Below, piece by piece: positions 28,301 through 41,800 of a stretch of DNA of 64,000 nt. The position numbers and the translations under genes were made by a program. Within the stretch, counting starts at the first letter, position 1; the number at the start of each line of letters is the position of its first letter. Below the pieces are notes generated by a model. That model saw only the letters and a program-made list of their open reading frames with translations. It was not told where the DNA came from and searched no databases. Where the stretch lies: assembly GCA_003344405.1 (NCBI GenBank), contig NOWV01000152.1, positions 62,001 through 126,000 on the forward strand, written 5' to 3'. The stretch is from Trichoplax sp. H2 (Eukaryota).

Positions 28301-30587
28301 CTTGTTAATCATTTTTACTTCAGATACGATCAAGTCTTTTTCATATATAATAAGATTTTATGCAATATTGTAAGTCGAGTAGCTAAAATTAGTACATTTT
28401 AATTTCAATAAACGACAAGATTTAGTTGTCTGGTATTACGATTTTTTATTCCTAATTGATCTACCTTGAAACGCCTAATAATCCGGATAGCATCAAAACT
28501 TTAGGCTCTAGAGCTCTAATTTCAATACAAAGTTCTTCTACTCAGCTACTATAATTTTTCTCTTCATTCAACTAACGTTTTAATTCGATCAGATTTCGTT
28601 GTTTTAAATGCTATATAGAATAAGACATTACTTATGGCTCTAATAACAACCTTAATTATTATACTTTTATCCGTGTAAGTGTATTTGAAATATTAGCTAA
28701 GTTTTAGGAATATAGGTGATTTACGTACACAATATTTGTCCACCTCCACTAATGAATACCTTTATACCTGACCGCAAATTTTATGCTCGTTTCATCATTA
28801 CTACAATATATTTATGATTCAAACACTAAGCCATGTGATTACTCTATCATAATGTACTTAAAAATAAAAACTCGTTTAATTGATCAATACCGATGCAAGT
28901 ATGTGACGATAACGAACTAAAAGCATAAAACTTATTAACTAATTAAGTTATTGAAGTATATAACAAGGATTGTTCATGAATAAAAAGTGAAGTATCCGAT
29001 TGAATGAATAGTACAGTAATAAACTGTGTAAATAGAGCTAAAAGAAATCCAACGGTACATTAGCATAGTATACACATTGATCACGAATTGTTTGTAGGTT
29101 GAAAGGTAGAGCAGTACCAATTATATCAGTACATAGACTAATATTTGAGGAGCGATTCTACTTAATATTATGTGGCGAGGTATTTTTACTGGATCAGTAA
29201 AGGTATAGTATCCCCATTTTATAATATCTACTTGTGCACAACCTCGGTCATGACAAAGAAGTAAAGATATTTTCAAATTAAATTATGAGTTATCATCTAC
29301 ACTCTTCCCGCTATATTTTCCAAGTTAATGAAAATACAGTTAGATTTAATTTATTCCGGTAAAAATTTGAAGCTAAATATTCATCGAATTAAGGATTATA
29401 CCCCTCTATGATATTTAACCAATCATTTATTATGTGATATTTAACTAATATAACGTGAGTTATGATGTTTTTAATTTGCGTAAATGACTATGAACTTAGT
29501 ACCGCTTAAAGTCTTTGAAGACCGTATGCGAGTGTACCAATTTGAGTTAGGAGGTTAAGACAGAGAATTGAAATGAAGAGATAGTCCATTTTTGCTACTT
29601 CGAACTGAATGAGTTCAGATTAGTGATTAATTATGAGTATTTCTTGCAAAAATTACCTATCAATCCTACTTGCGCTATACTCAAGATTAAAAAGAATGGA
29701 TTTTTTTCTTAATTTTTTATCGCTCTAATTGAGGGAAAGTCTCTTTTGCGAAATATTATTTCTTCCTAATTATACAGTACTAATTATGACATCTTAATAC
29801 TGAATTTGATTGCAAAGTGACAACATACTGTATAAAATGTAGAAATGACCTCAAATTTTTAAAGTAATTTTATTTTATTGATAATACGTTCCCGCATTTT
29901 AAAATTTTAATTGAACAGAAATCATTTTTGAATATCAATTCAAAACCGCAAATTGATCGTTTAAATATTAGTAATTATTCTATTTTATCGCCTCGGCATA
30001 GCAACGTCGTGAGATAAAAATGTCGGCTGCGATATTAAGTTTAAAATTTTGCTTCTTGCTTCATTACTTAAAGCCTTAAATAACATAGGCTACGTGAAAA
30101 GAATAGAATCAGATAAAAAATTTCATCTTCGCTTTTACTTATAAATACTACTTAAATTCTGATACAGTCGGATATAAATGAAATATTAAATTATTTTAGT
30201 ATATAATATTCTAACTGAATATCTATTTTATCTTCTATCTCAATATCATTTATTTCCATTTAAAGTACCCTAACCACAATGGAAACCAAGTAGATTCATT
30301 AATATATTATTAAAATACTTTAATCGATAAACTATTCGATAAAATGATAAAACAAATAATTTTTCTTTAAACGTATCGCTTTGAATATAGAATTCGCATA
30401 TGAAAGAATTATTATACTAGAGGACGTAGTCAATTATTTAAACGTCGATAAAAATTTTAATAATTTGATACAATTACTTCAATTAATTACTTTCTTTGTA
30501 TAACCACTACTGATGGTCATAAACTTAAATAATAGCAGATAATCGTGTAAAATTAGACATAAACCGCTAGCACATCTTTTTTAATAT

Positions 30588-31424
30588 TTATGCTAAGTTA
30601 GTATCCTCCATTTCACTACTTGATGGGCATGGAGAAGTAGTGATAAAGAAGGCTATCTCATATGCGCTGCTAGGCTCTGCAAACTTCTCCTTAAATTCGT
30701 CTGCAATCCAGGAGACTTGGTATTTAAATTCGACTGTGGTCCTCGGGCTACTGATGGTCAAATTTTTAATTTCTTCTTTTGAGCATCCTCGAAAGTCACA
30801 GGTTTCATAAGTTCTAGTCTCTGGCTTACCAGGTGTAAGTTCTAACTGATTAACCTCTAGGATTGGAGGTGGCACGATCTTGGTTACAGTTCTTGGACTG
30901 CAGTTACTTTTTGTCTGTGCTTCTCTCTTGTGTCGGATGTGCTCTTCTGCAGCGATTTTGGACCGGTGATTTTCTGCAATGAATTTATTGTCAGAATCTC
31001 CAAGGCTGTTTTTTTGAAGGGGTTGCTGTGATGGCCGACCGCTGGCTATTGGCACTGTAACCATAATAGCAATGGTAACATAGATGAATAAGAATGCACT
31101 GGTTGAAGTTTGGTCAATCTAAATTTTAGGATCAAAATAATATATTTTGTAAAACATTAATAATTAATTAATATAATCAACCTGTAAATTGAATAAAAGA
31201 AAGAGCAATCTTTGACTGTTAATGCAAATAATTTCTGCTTCCAATTACTATTATTTATGCGTCAGAGAGTTACAGCGAACAATAACCCTATTTTCGCTAA
31301 TGAATATGCTGCGTATTAGTTATCTACGGTAATCGATAATTAAATAGGACTAGAGGAAATCTACAGAGTAAACTAGGACATGGAATAACCTTATACAATT
31401 AACTAATAGATTACACCTTACCAT
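30588..31424 (-). CDS. Secreted Cys-rich prepro-protein, copy A (cystine-knot/IL-17-like paralog, 4 Cys), 177 aa
   Basis: ATG-only exon 31424-31422 (ATG|gtaagg) plus exon 31118-30588 (tttag|att, ends TAA). Signal peptide MIDQTSTSAFLFIYVTIAIMVTVPIASG, furin-type site RHKR, mature part with 'YETCDFRGCSKEEIK...EFKY...SPCP'. Clearly paralogous to 49741-50506. Confidence 0.8.
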
Positions 31425-31521
31425 CTTCTTAAACGGAAGTTGCTGTAGGATTTTCTAAATCAAGTCCAAATCTTAAAGATCGAATAGCTTGTGAATAATG
31501 AAGTTCAAAGTGAGTGCAGTA

Positions 31522-31527
31522 CTTATA
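31522..31527 (-). promoter_or_regulatory. TATA-like box of secreted Cys-rich gene A
   Basis: TATAAG on the minus strand about 100 nt upstream of the ATG. The paralog has TATATAAG at an analogous position. Confidence 0.45.
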
Positions 31528-34287
31528 GATTTTAGTAGAGCAAACTTGGGGATATATTTCCATTTTTTGATTAGTTTTTCCCAATTTTTGTCATACGAAT
31601 TCTGCCTTCAAGATGTTTAATTACCTTTAGTCAAAGTAATGTCAATAATGTAAATATTAAATTTACTATAAAAATGTGTGCGTGGCAGGAAAAATAAATA
31701 AACAATTTCGTTAGCCTGCCTCCATATCATGGATAGGAATTAGTGGTCGGAATTTGACCGTAATACAATTTTGCCTCTCCACTATTCTATACTAATCAAT
31801 TAATTGATAGTATGCAACATAGTAGCCTATGTGGCCGAAATGATTCATAGTTCCAGGGAATTTAAGCTAAGGAATTTCGATAAATCTAAACTTAATCAAA
31901 CTGAATATTTGCAACTGATATCAGTCAATGGCTGTCGGAAAGGAGCAGCAATAAACGAAGCAACAATAGGTAAACTATAACTACTATAGATAATTTAATT
32001 TATTCAGTAGGTTAATTCGAAAGTCACATGTAAATGATCCTATTTCTGTACTATTTCCAATTAAATTGACATATCGAAAACGAAGACTGTCTTATTTTAT
32101 ATACAAACTAATTTTATCTTGTAGCGTAAAGTTGCAATCAATCATTTTGTATATTATTGAACAATTATGAGATATGCTTTGACTCTAAGAATATTTTGAG
32201 CAATCTACTTAGCAATTAAATTCATCATCTATTTCTAGTAATCAGTTAGAAAACATTCTGTTACTAAATTCTTTCTCGGAGAGATTGTCGTATATGTGTT
32301 AAATATTAAAATGATACAATTAGTGGAAAAACTGTCATGTCGAATTTAAGAAGGCTGACGATATGCTAGTAGTAGAACAGCACAAGTATTACGTAGTCTT
32401 CTATCAATACCATTTTAGAGTTGCAGTATCTGTTTGATCACTAATTGCTATTCGAAAATGGTTGTATGTAAATATATTTATCTATTTTTATACGTATACT
32501 AATCCTTGTCTACTTTGCGATCAACTAATTCACTTTAACTTGTGAATAATCCAATTAATCATTACTAACCATGACTGCAATTTTCTTAATTTGTTAAAAG
32601 AAAATATTTACCTATCGTCTTAGTGGTCCACTTTGAAGTTATATGAATTAGCTAATTTTAGAGAATTCATGGCAGTCCTGTATGATTAACAGAATAAAAA
32701 ACTTCTATATTTAAGTTTAATATATTTATGGTAGTCATGGGCTATACTGCTGGAATTAAACAACAGTGATGAATGGTGGGGAAATCAATCGATCGGTGCG
32801 GAATTATAATATTTTTGTTTTCCGTCCATATATTGTTTGGACAGGTACCTGCGAACGATGACATCATTGTATAAATTTTCTCTCTTAAATTTACCAGTTG
32901 ATTAAATAAATGCCGTAACCTCACTAAATAGTTATTTTTATAGATTGCAATTAATAAGAATAGGAAATGTAGTCATCCATATGAACTGGCGGAGAATGTT
33001 TCATTGCATTTCATAATTCGGCCTTTAACACTTTAATTTCTATTTCGTCCTATTATAGCATTATGGAGATGGCGTAAACAATGGATTTATTTTGGGCTAG
33101 TTAATGTAAATTTCCGTGCTTGTACTTCTAGGAAAAATCAAATATTAATGGGTTTGATAAAATCCATTACCCCGTCTTTCCGTAAGGGTATTACATATTA
33201 AAATAAGACCTAAATATACATTTATCACTTGGTACTGTTGGACAAGCCAATTTTATGCAATGAAGTAAAATTTTAGAAGAAATTTTAGTTATTACTAGCC
33301 CATTTTGTATTTCACGATAAAAATTAGACAACGAGGTAACTTTAGATCAAGTTTAATTGACACCCTCTTGCATGGCTATAACGTTAAAAAGTAATTATGG
33401 AACGCAGTACAGGCAATGTAAACGGTATACTGTAGTCACACCTTCTTCGATTGCTTCGAGTATTGCCATTTCTATATAAATCTTTACTATTGTGCTGCAA
33501 ATAGACTTTAAAGGTTTGGATATCGCTTAGTAAGCTATTAGGTCCATTAATGCAGCGTTACAAAATCTTGCTCTATAGCATTGCTTTTCAGCACAATAAA
33601 AGAGATACTACGATGTGATAGTAAGGCTGCAACTTCGATCATTTTATTCTTTATTCCTTTAAAATTTATTATCGGTGTATAGTTTATGTATTGCATTAGG
33701 ATAATTATTTTCATTACTATTACTCACACTAATATGAAAAGAAAAATCTCCTAAGAGTTAATTTCCTTTCCAAGCTTATTTGGGTTACAATCATGTCAGT
33801 GACTATCACAGTGAATTATAATTTTACTTAGTACGTTAGTATTTTAATTCTGGATTTGATAGTATGTTACTTTGTTATCTTCATAGTACGAAAGTTCTAT
33901 TCAAATTACTTGATTGACTAAACTTCGTTTTCCAGGAAATTTATTTTTAAAATAAATTGATATTTATAGTATACATATATAGTCTGTAGTTAGAGAAGAA
34001 AATCTATTATCTACGTCGATGCTAAAAAGAATATAGCTGCACTACTTTGAATTAGATTAATTTTACTCGTTTTATATACCGTATACTTTACTTCATTATA
34101 TATTTATAGCCTATATGCTAATTACCATTTTTATCCCCAAAATTACAAGTGTTTATAGTGTAATAGATTTTTCTCATTAAATATCGTTGCTTTCGTCTAT
34201 AATACCACGCAAGAACGTCATCAGTTGTTTTCTTTCTGCATATTACATCATTTCCAATTCTTCACACTAGATTACAGTAAATAAAGA

Positions 34288-37200
34288 TCAATGTATTCCC
34301 AGAAGACCCATTGTAAATAATGCTAGACCTATCGATAATAAAGTATATAAAGATAGTCCAGCTGCTCCGTTGACTTCAGTAGAATCCGTTGTTATTGCTG
34401 CAGTATTAGGTCCTTGCGTTGACGTTGCATAAGGCAATGTCGTAATGGAGGCTACATGAAATCAATACCAATCAGGTAAAAAGTTACTCTAAAGAATTTA
34501 GGCAGGGGTTAAAGAATTTTCAATTTATACTACCTAAATAATTCTATCCTGAAATTTAATTTTTACATCTCGCAGTGAGTTAAATTTTATGCTAGAGAAA
34601 ATTTATAGAATAACTAGAAGTGAGCTTTCCATTTGATAATTTACGTGGCGCATGACTATTGGTCAATTTATATTCTCGTTCGTGTTTCTAACAGGTAATA
34701 GAGATTAAAGTAAAACCTATTTTTAGGTTATTTGTGATTTATCTTCTGATGTTTACATAATTAATCTAGCTATACTTGAATGAAACAGAATTTAATTTGT
34801 CTGCTAGTTTAGGCTAAAGAAAGACTTTCACCTACGTTAGCTTTTCTAGAAGCTTAGAACTAATAGCAATAACCAATGCTAATAATTAATAGTCAAATGT
34901 CAAACAAGATATGAGAGTGAATATGGCAGAGTTGCTTTTTTAACATATATAATTTTCGATCATGTCATTTACACCGTCTTTAGTTATACTAAACATTATC
35001 GTCTTTTAAAGTCAATTCTGATGTAAGAAATAGCTAATTTGCATAAGTAATGCCAATAATACGAATATAATTTAATCTAAAGGTAAAAGGTGTAACATAA
35101 ATAGTTATTACAAGGGATTTTAAAATTTTACATTCCGGTATAGAAAAAATTTTTTGGTTTTCTTGACATTTAGTGCTATCATCATTTAAAACCTACGACA
35201 ACATTTTGGATAAAGACTGTTGTTCATTCAAGTATAGTAATAATTTAACGCTAAAAGGTTAATATGTTATAAACCATGCGATCATAATTATGGTTGTTCT
35301 ACAGCCATAAAATACAAACTAACACTACACTAATACAGCAACTAAAATCAATGGTCGTTGATATTCAAGTACCGTAAATTTTTTTAGAATCATTAATCTG
35401 TATGCACACTGGTATTCATTAGGAGTATAATAAGATTTGATCTAGGACTTTCAACTCAAGTGAACCGATAAGTTTAAAGAACGGTCTTAGATTTAAAGAT
35501 AAGAAATTGATTTACTTTCTCTAGTAACTGAATAATTTCACCTTTTAGCGTCGTTGCTTCGTAAAGCTTCACTAACTTTCATCAATAGCACATTAAAGCC
35601 AGAAAAGTAATTTGGAACTATTCCTTTTTAATCCTATCTTTATACTAGAAATTAGGAAATACTTTCGTGTACTGAAATCTTGATTGACTTTCTTATTGCA
35701 ACTCGGTAATAGCATACGGACACCACTTCTAGTCCATAGCTAAGTTTAAAATCATAGCTTTGCGCGTACTCCAGGAGGTAAGAGTAAACTGATGATTTAA
35801 TAGGGAATTCTAGTAGTATACGTTATGGATGTTACTATCTAAAGCTTAGAAATAACTTTTAAATACTATTTGGTGATAGAATTAATTTTTGTACTTAACA
35901 TACTTGTAAGTAGCTGAATATCGAGCGTTTTTTTAAAATCGATTGCCTTGCTCTGAGTTACTGAGTTGTGGAGATTCCTACGGTTATAGTTATATTCTAT
36001 CACAATATTATATTACAATCAGTCTGTAGCCTATTTACCTCTGTGGCATAGATAATTCAGCTTACTATCGCAACTCTCAGTCAGTAATTGCCAATGAGAG
36101 AGGAAAAGTGAGACGCATTTTTGAGCCCCTTTTGCTAATTCAGGTAATCGACTCCATCCTGGACTAGCTAGGTCAAATTTTTGTCCGTTGATCCATTTAT
36201 ATTCGTAGTACTTTCCAGAGTCGCCTTGAGTGGCTTGCATACCGATCCAAGCTAAGGAACCATAATTTTTATATAGCCGTTGTACTATTTGGGCCATGCT
36301 TGAGTCCAAGAGCAGTAATAATGTTCCATTCTCAGTAATACAAGAATTGTTGGCTTCATTCCATTCTAGATGGCTGCCATTAAATAGCTTAAAGCAATCG
36401 GTTCTAAGATTATCTTGGTGCATAAGCCAATTATCAGGGCAAGTATGGATTTGTGAACTAGCTATAAAGTGGCAACGGAGTATCATATTAGTTTTTATGC
36501 CAGCTGTAAATGAATCATCTTCAGTTGAGACGCTTACAATAAAATAATTAAACAGATTTAAATAAAGAAAATAATTTGCAAAGATTGATTTTAATGGGCT
36601 ACAATTTATATTGTCCAGCTATGTAACTGATGAACGCATTTTTGCATACATGATGCTAGCTGAGTTTTAAGAGCAGTGAAACTTAGAGTTCACAAAATGT
36701 TCTGTAGCCAGATTTACTCGCAATTGATATAGTTAACATAATGGAACTAAATTACAACGTGGCAAAAAATTGTAGTGTAGGAAAGTGTGGTAATAATGTT
36801 TATTACAAAATTTATGTCTTAATAATAGTTTTTGTTCGATGTATTATAAACTTCTTCTCTTCAATAATAGTATTTATAGACTAACTCAGCTCTTATTATT
36901 GCACAATAAGACAAAAAATTGTAGAGTAGGAAAAGTGTAGTCGCATTGCACATTTTAATAAATGAAATTCCTTTAAGAGATACGAAATAGGATATACGAT
37001 AATCAATAATGCATACTGATATAGCTATGGCAAGCCTAACATTAATTTCTATCAAAATAAAGTTATATTTCTCAGTAGTAACCTTTAGAGCTAGCAATAC
37101 GTTCCACTACTTTACAATGTGATAAATGCTATGATATTTGGTAGAGTCTGATGATGTATTTTATTATGGATGTAGTAACGATCAAATATAAATAGAACTG

Positions 37201-38890
37201 ATTTATCAGACTTGTTATAGAGACTATCTATCAATATAATTTTATTAGAATAAAATTATTTCTGTTAAGTAAGAGTATGCATAGCCGAGATAAGATTCTT
37301 CTATTTCGCAATAAAAAGTAATGTATATGTATGAAAAGATTTGATTGGTGTATTATTGTAAATTGAACTATTATAATTCGAGATTACTTTAGCAGATTAG
37401 AATGTAAAATACCTATTATCTGTAAAAAAGTAGAAGTAACTATGGTGCACCCAAAATAATTTCCTTTATGAATTATTCTTGTTGAACGGTAATTTATGAA
37501 CTACTTTCTATGATTTAACTATACTGTACAAAACTTATTTTACAGGGAAAATTTTGACATGATTGCTTTACTACAGGCAGGATTATATAGACGGAAATGA
37601 ACTTAAAATAGGATATAGTGGTATCTACTAGTGCGTGATAAAGTACAATGTCATTGTTATTTAGTAAAAATCTTAATAAGAAAGGAAGCATGCAGATCTA
37701 CTTGAGTAATAATCGCATGTCGTTTACATGTTATTCAACACTTAATTAAAGTATTTGAATACTTGGATAAGAAAGTAATTTTCTAATTTTAAATTTTTTA
37801 ATATGTAAAACTTGCAACGGATTGAACGCCTTTGATTAATATAAATAACAAGTAACAGCAATACTATCTACTCTTAATTTAAATTGCACACAGTATAGTA
37901 TAAATGAAACCATTTCCTTTATAATTAACCTAATAGTTAGGCTCCCTATCTGAAATGTAACAGTAATATGATAAATTGCAGTTGTTTGACGTCAATCATA
38001 TAAGGATTGGCATAATTATAATCTAGTCTGTAATACAAGAGCAATACTAATTATTAGGGACAATAACGTATGGTAATAGTTTAAATATCTACCTACAATA
38101 TTAAAAATCAGAAGTAAGGTATAAATTATTTTTGTAATTTGTTTCTATGTACATTTTGTAGGATCAACATGTAAAGATTAAGGCAAGACCGGCAGATACT
38201 AAAGAAGTATGGAAAAATTAACGCAATCGTCTTCAGCTATAATAGCATTAGTATGTTTTGTAATATTAATTTTTTATAGTTTTGCTTATTTGAATTTAAA
38301 CAACTGTGCTTTGGAAAGACAAACCACTGCAATAGAAATCCTAACGCATGTTGAAAATTCAGTAAAACTAAGCACTGTATTAAAAGAAGTCTACGCCGTA
38401 TGATATAAACAGGCAGATACGAATATTTCAAATTTTCATTCTACTCAATATATTAATCAAGCTCAAATTATAGCGATTATAAATTATAATTCGTTAGTAA
38501 TGCAGCGAACTATGACATTAATATTAATTGAAGAAAATGGATAGGACACAATCATTGTTCTTTTATATGTTTACCCTATTTTCTTAATTGAAAAACACAA
38601 AACTAAAGTTACGCGAGAATCTATTTTGTACAGCTGTATATCTTACTATACAGCACTTATTTTATATTAGATAATTCAAATGGTTGCATTATATAGAGTT
38701 CTTTCTTGTAGTGTTAAATTGTTTTTCTGATTGAATATTAATTAGAACGATTATTCAATATCATAGTGCCTATATAAATTTAAAATGGTAAATTCTATGT
38801 ATATGTAATAATTATGAATACTTTATAGACTGACGATATAATACAGCAATACTCACATAATCTTTCAGCCAATGCCGCCAAAATCAAGAG
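34288..38890 (-). CDS. GPI-anchored C-type-lectin-domain protein, copy A (no TSP1 exon); first exon unresolved
   Basis: Exons 38890-38857 (34 nt, LLILAALAERL, signal-peptide part), 36461-36039 (CTLD: CPDNW...CFKLF...W.EA...C...G.L...AWIGM...WING...CV.L...C...LNYLC), 34451-34288 (S/T-rich stalk, STEVNGA, hydrophobic C-terminus LSLYTLLSIGLALFTMGLLGIH*). Phases are consistent. A candidate ATG exon (ATGGCGAAA|gtaaat, MAK) at 40679-40671 is unverified. Confidence 0.85.
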
Positions 38891-41800
38891 CTAGATGAAA
38901 AGCAGTCATGGAGAACAATAACATATTGTTAGTAAATAAAGTGGTTTACGTAAATAATTAATACAGTATATTCCATTTTGATCAAATTTCGATTAGTAGC
39001 AATATAGTTTCGATTATTTTAAAAAAATGCTTATGATTCATATCCAAAATAAAGCAATATAAAATTGTTCATTAAACAAGACATTGATTTAAAAAAAAAC
39101 TAAAAATGATTTACGCAACAAAGGACGAAGGTCTGCTAATATGGTAGATAACGTGCATTTATATCTCGGGTCAACAGTATTTAAAATAGTACAATACTAT
39201 CACGAAATTTTCTTAACAATAATTTCTATCAATGTACCGTTTGTGGCCTTAGACTTGTTTCTAATTAATGAGCATCAACATAAGTAAGGGAATAGGACGG
39301 ATGCAATAAAAAGATGATATCAACTTCATAATCCCAGCTAGCAGTTCTTAATATTATTCATCAACACTGTAGTTACGATAACGTATTGTTATTATCTTGA
39401 TGAAGTGAAATTATATTCTTACAGATGATGTTTTCTCACAAATTCCCATCAGTTTTCTATAGACAATCTATGTATGTTGCGATCATTATAAACACTTTAT
39501 TGTCGTACTATATTCCATTACTCTTTATGGATCATTTAAATTTCGCAATCAATTATTATTTTTATAGCGTACAATAGTAATACTGTAGAAATTGCTGCAT
39601 TTCAAATTGAAGATGTAGCCTCTGAAAATAAGCCGATATGATACATTAAAATCGAGATATTAAATGTTAATCTAAAGTACTAATATCGTAGGGTTTGTCA
39701 TTTAATCGAGAAATTTCGCTATCGATCTCTGCTTGTATTTTTAACAGAGGAGGGCACTAAGATCGACAGAGTACTTGCGATTCAAATAATATTAACTGTA
39801 AGTAATTTAATATTATAGTATTGGAGACTTATTTGTGGCTACTACCATATGGTAATAATTCTTTCTGCTACTAATTTGTTCGTGACAGCGATATACCAAA
39901 GATTAGCTAAGCTTATAGAAAGAGTTATTGTATTGATGTATTAAATTTAAAGGTATACCTATATTGTATTTTGGCTTAGATGATGTAAAAATTAATTTAC
40001 AACTACCATAAATTGATGAAATGTAATGAGTCGCAATAACCAGCGCGATCAATTCCTAATGTAATTATGATTGATGAAAATAATATTGAGATAGCTTCAT
40101 TCCACTGATAGAACTGCCAATATTGAAAATTTCAATTATTACAAAACATGTAAACACATTGGGATCTCATAACATTCTAAAACAGCGTTGCTATTCCATA
40201 CCAATATAACTGATGTCATTTTATACCTATTTCAATAGACTTTGACTTGTGACTATTCTACGACATTGTGCTATAGCTGGTGATGATAAGTTAGATGAAT
40301 TCAATAGCCCTATAATTAATGGCAGATTTGGTCACTTTGAACTATAAGTCTTATCAAGACGTACTTAAGCTTATGATACGATGTATACGTTAAATGATCA
40401 ATTTAAAATATTTTCTTGTAAGTATTGATTAAATCGTGAAGTAGACATTCAAATAGATAGGGAAGAAAGAGATATAATACTAAAAGATAGAAGAAGTTCA
40501 ATATCCGAAAGTTGTGCTTCAGATTTTGTTTGAATATACTGGAATCAGTATAGTGCAGATTGTGTGCTGTGGCTAAGAATAAATGGCTGTCTAAAAGAAA
40601 TATCGACGTGTAATCTTAACTCTCATAAACAATAGAAGTTAGAATACAATTATTTTTCTCATAAATTTACTTTCGCCATAGCCGCGCCATTTTATTTTAA
40701 GGATTTTCAGAAGTTGATTAATCGTATAGACTTATAATTATGGATGTGATCGAATAAAAAATTTTTCATTAACTTTATCTCATAACCATGTGTTAAGATT
40801 GTACTACGTCCCGTATGAAATATAGATATCTCGCAGTAAAGGTTAAAATTTTCAAAACTGAATACATAAAATATAGTATCTAGGATAAATATATAATTAT
40901 CATGTTATGGTAGTGTGCTATTTGAGAGCAAAGGAAGTATTTAGATTACGCATATACTAAGAATGTTAATCTAATCATATTTGAGATTTGATACAGGGAC
41001 AATTGATTAATTACCGCCAATGAGCGAAACGGATCTGTCACAACGAGAACTACTCAGTAACACGAAATATTCATCATAACACCAAGCAATAAAATATTTA
41101 AATTACTTTAAGGTATATGTTAATGTGTCCTCCTTAGCATATTTATGCGTAGTTTCTTTTAAAAGAATATGCTAATTTGATTGAAGATTATTTATAATCT
41201 ATAAATTCAACGTAAGCTTCAATATTTAATACGGTAACGCACAATTTTACTCTTATTGACTTAGAGTTTAATTCAAAAAGCTATTGCGAAATAGAATCCA
41301 TCTAAGACAGTATCCACATCACATACATGTCATAAAAAATAGAAAAAAACATTAAGCCTAAGGCAATATACTTCGAACTAAATAGCGGCTCTAGTGCATT
41401 ATACGGATAAGTGATGTTTTATTATTATTAGGTGGAAGAAGGAATTAAAGTCAGTTTTCTAGTCCAAATTAGATGATTTTTTTAATGGTTACTATGATAT
41501 ATTTTGTATTGTGAAATATATTCTGTTGCAATCGTAACTACAGAGTCAATTTCGTTTTGGATTACAGTTCAATCAACGCTATAAAATTAATTACTAGTAT
41601 TTGAAAAATACTATCAAAATACGGGCTAATATAGCATAGTCTTCGAATATAGTGTATTATATATATAATTTGGAGGTAGTTTGAATTATTTTCTGGTAGA
41701 ATATCAGTTTCTACTATCGTTTTTATTCTCCGTGATAGCATTTTAAATTCTTTTAGTTATAGTTTATGAATTTTAGAATACAATTGTTTGCTATCACGAA

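Noticed and set aside
35904-35977. Extra exon or TSP1 remnant in lectin A intron (ag|GAATCTCC...CAA|gtatgt)
   Set aside because: It has an in-frame stop after 6 codons and no TSP1 Trp/Cys pattern. The upstream intron would be only 61 nt. No support without transcripts.
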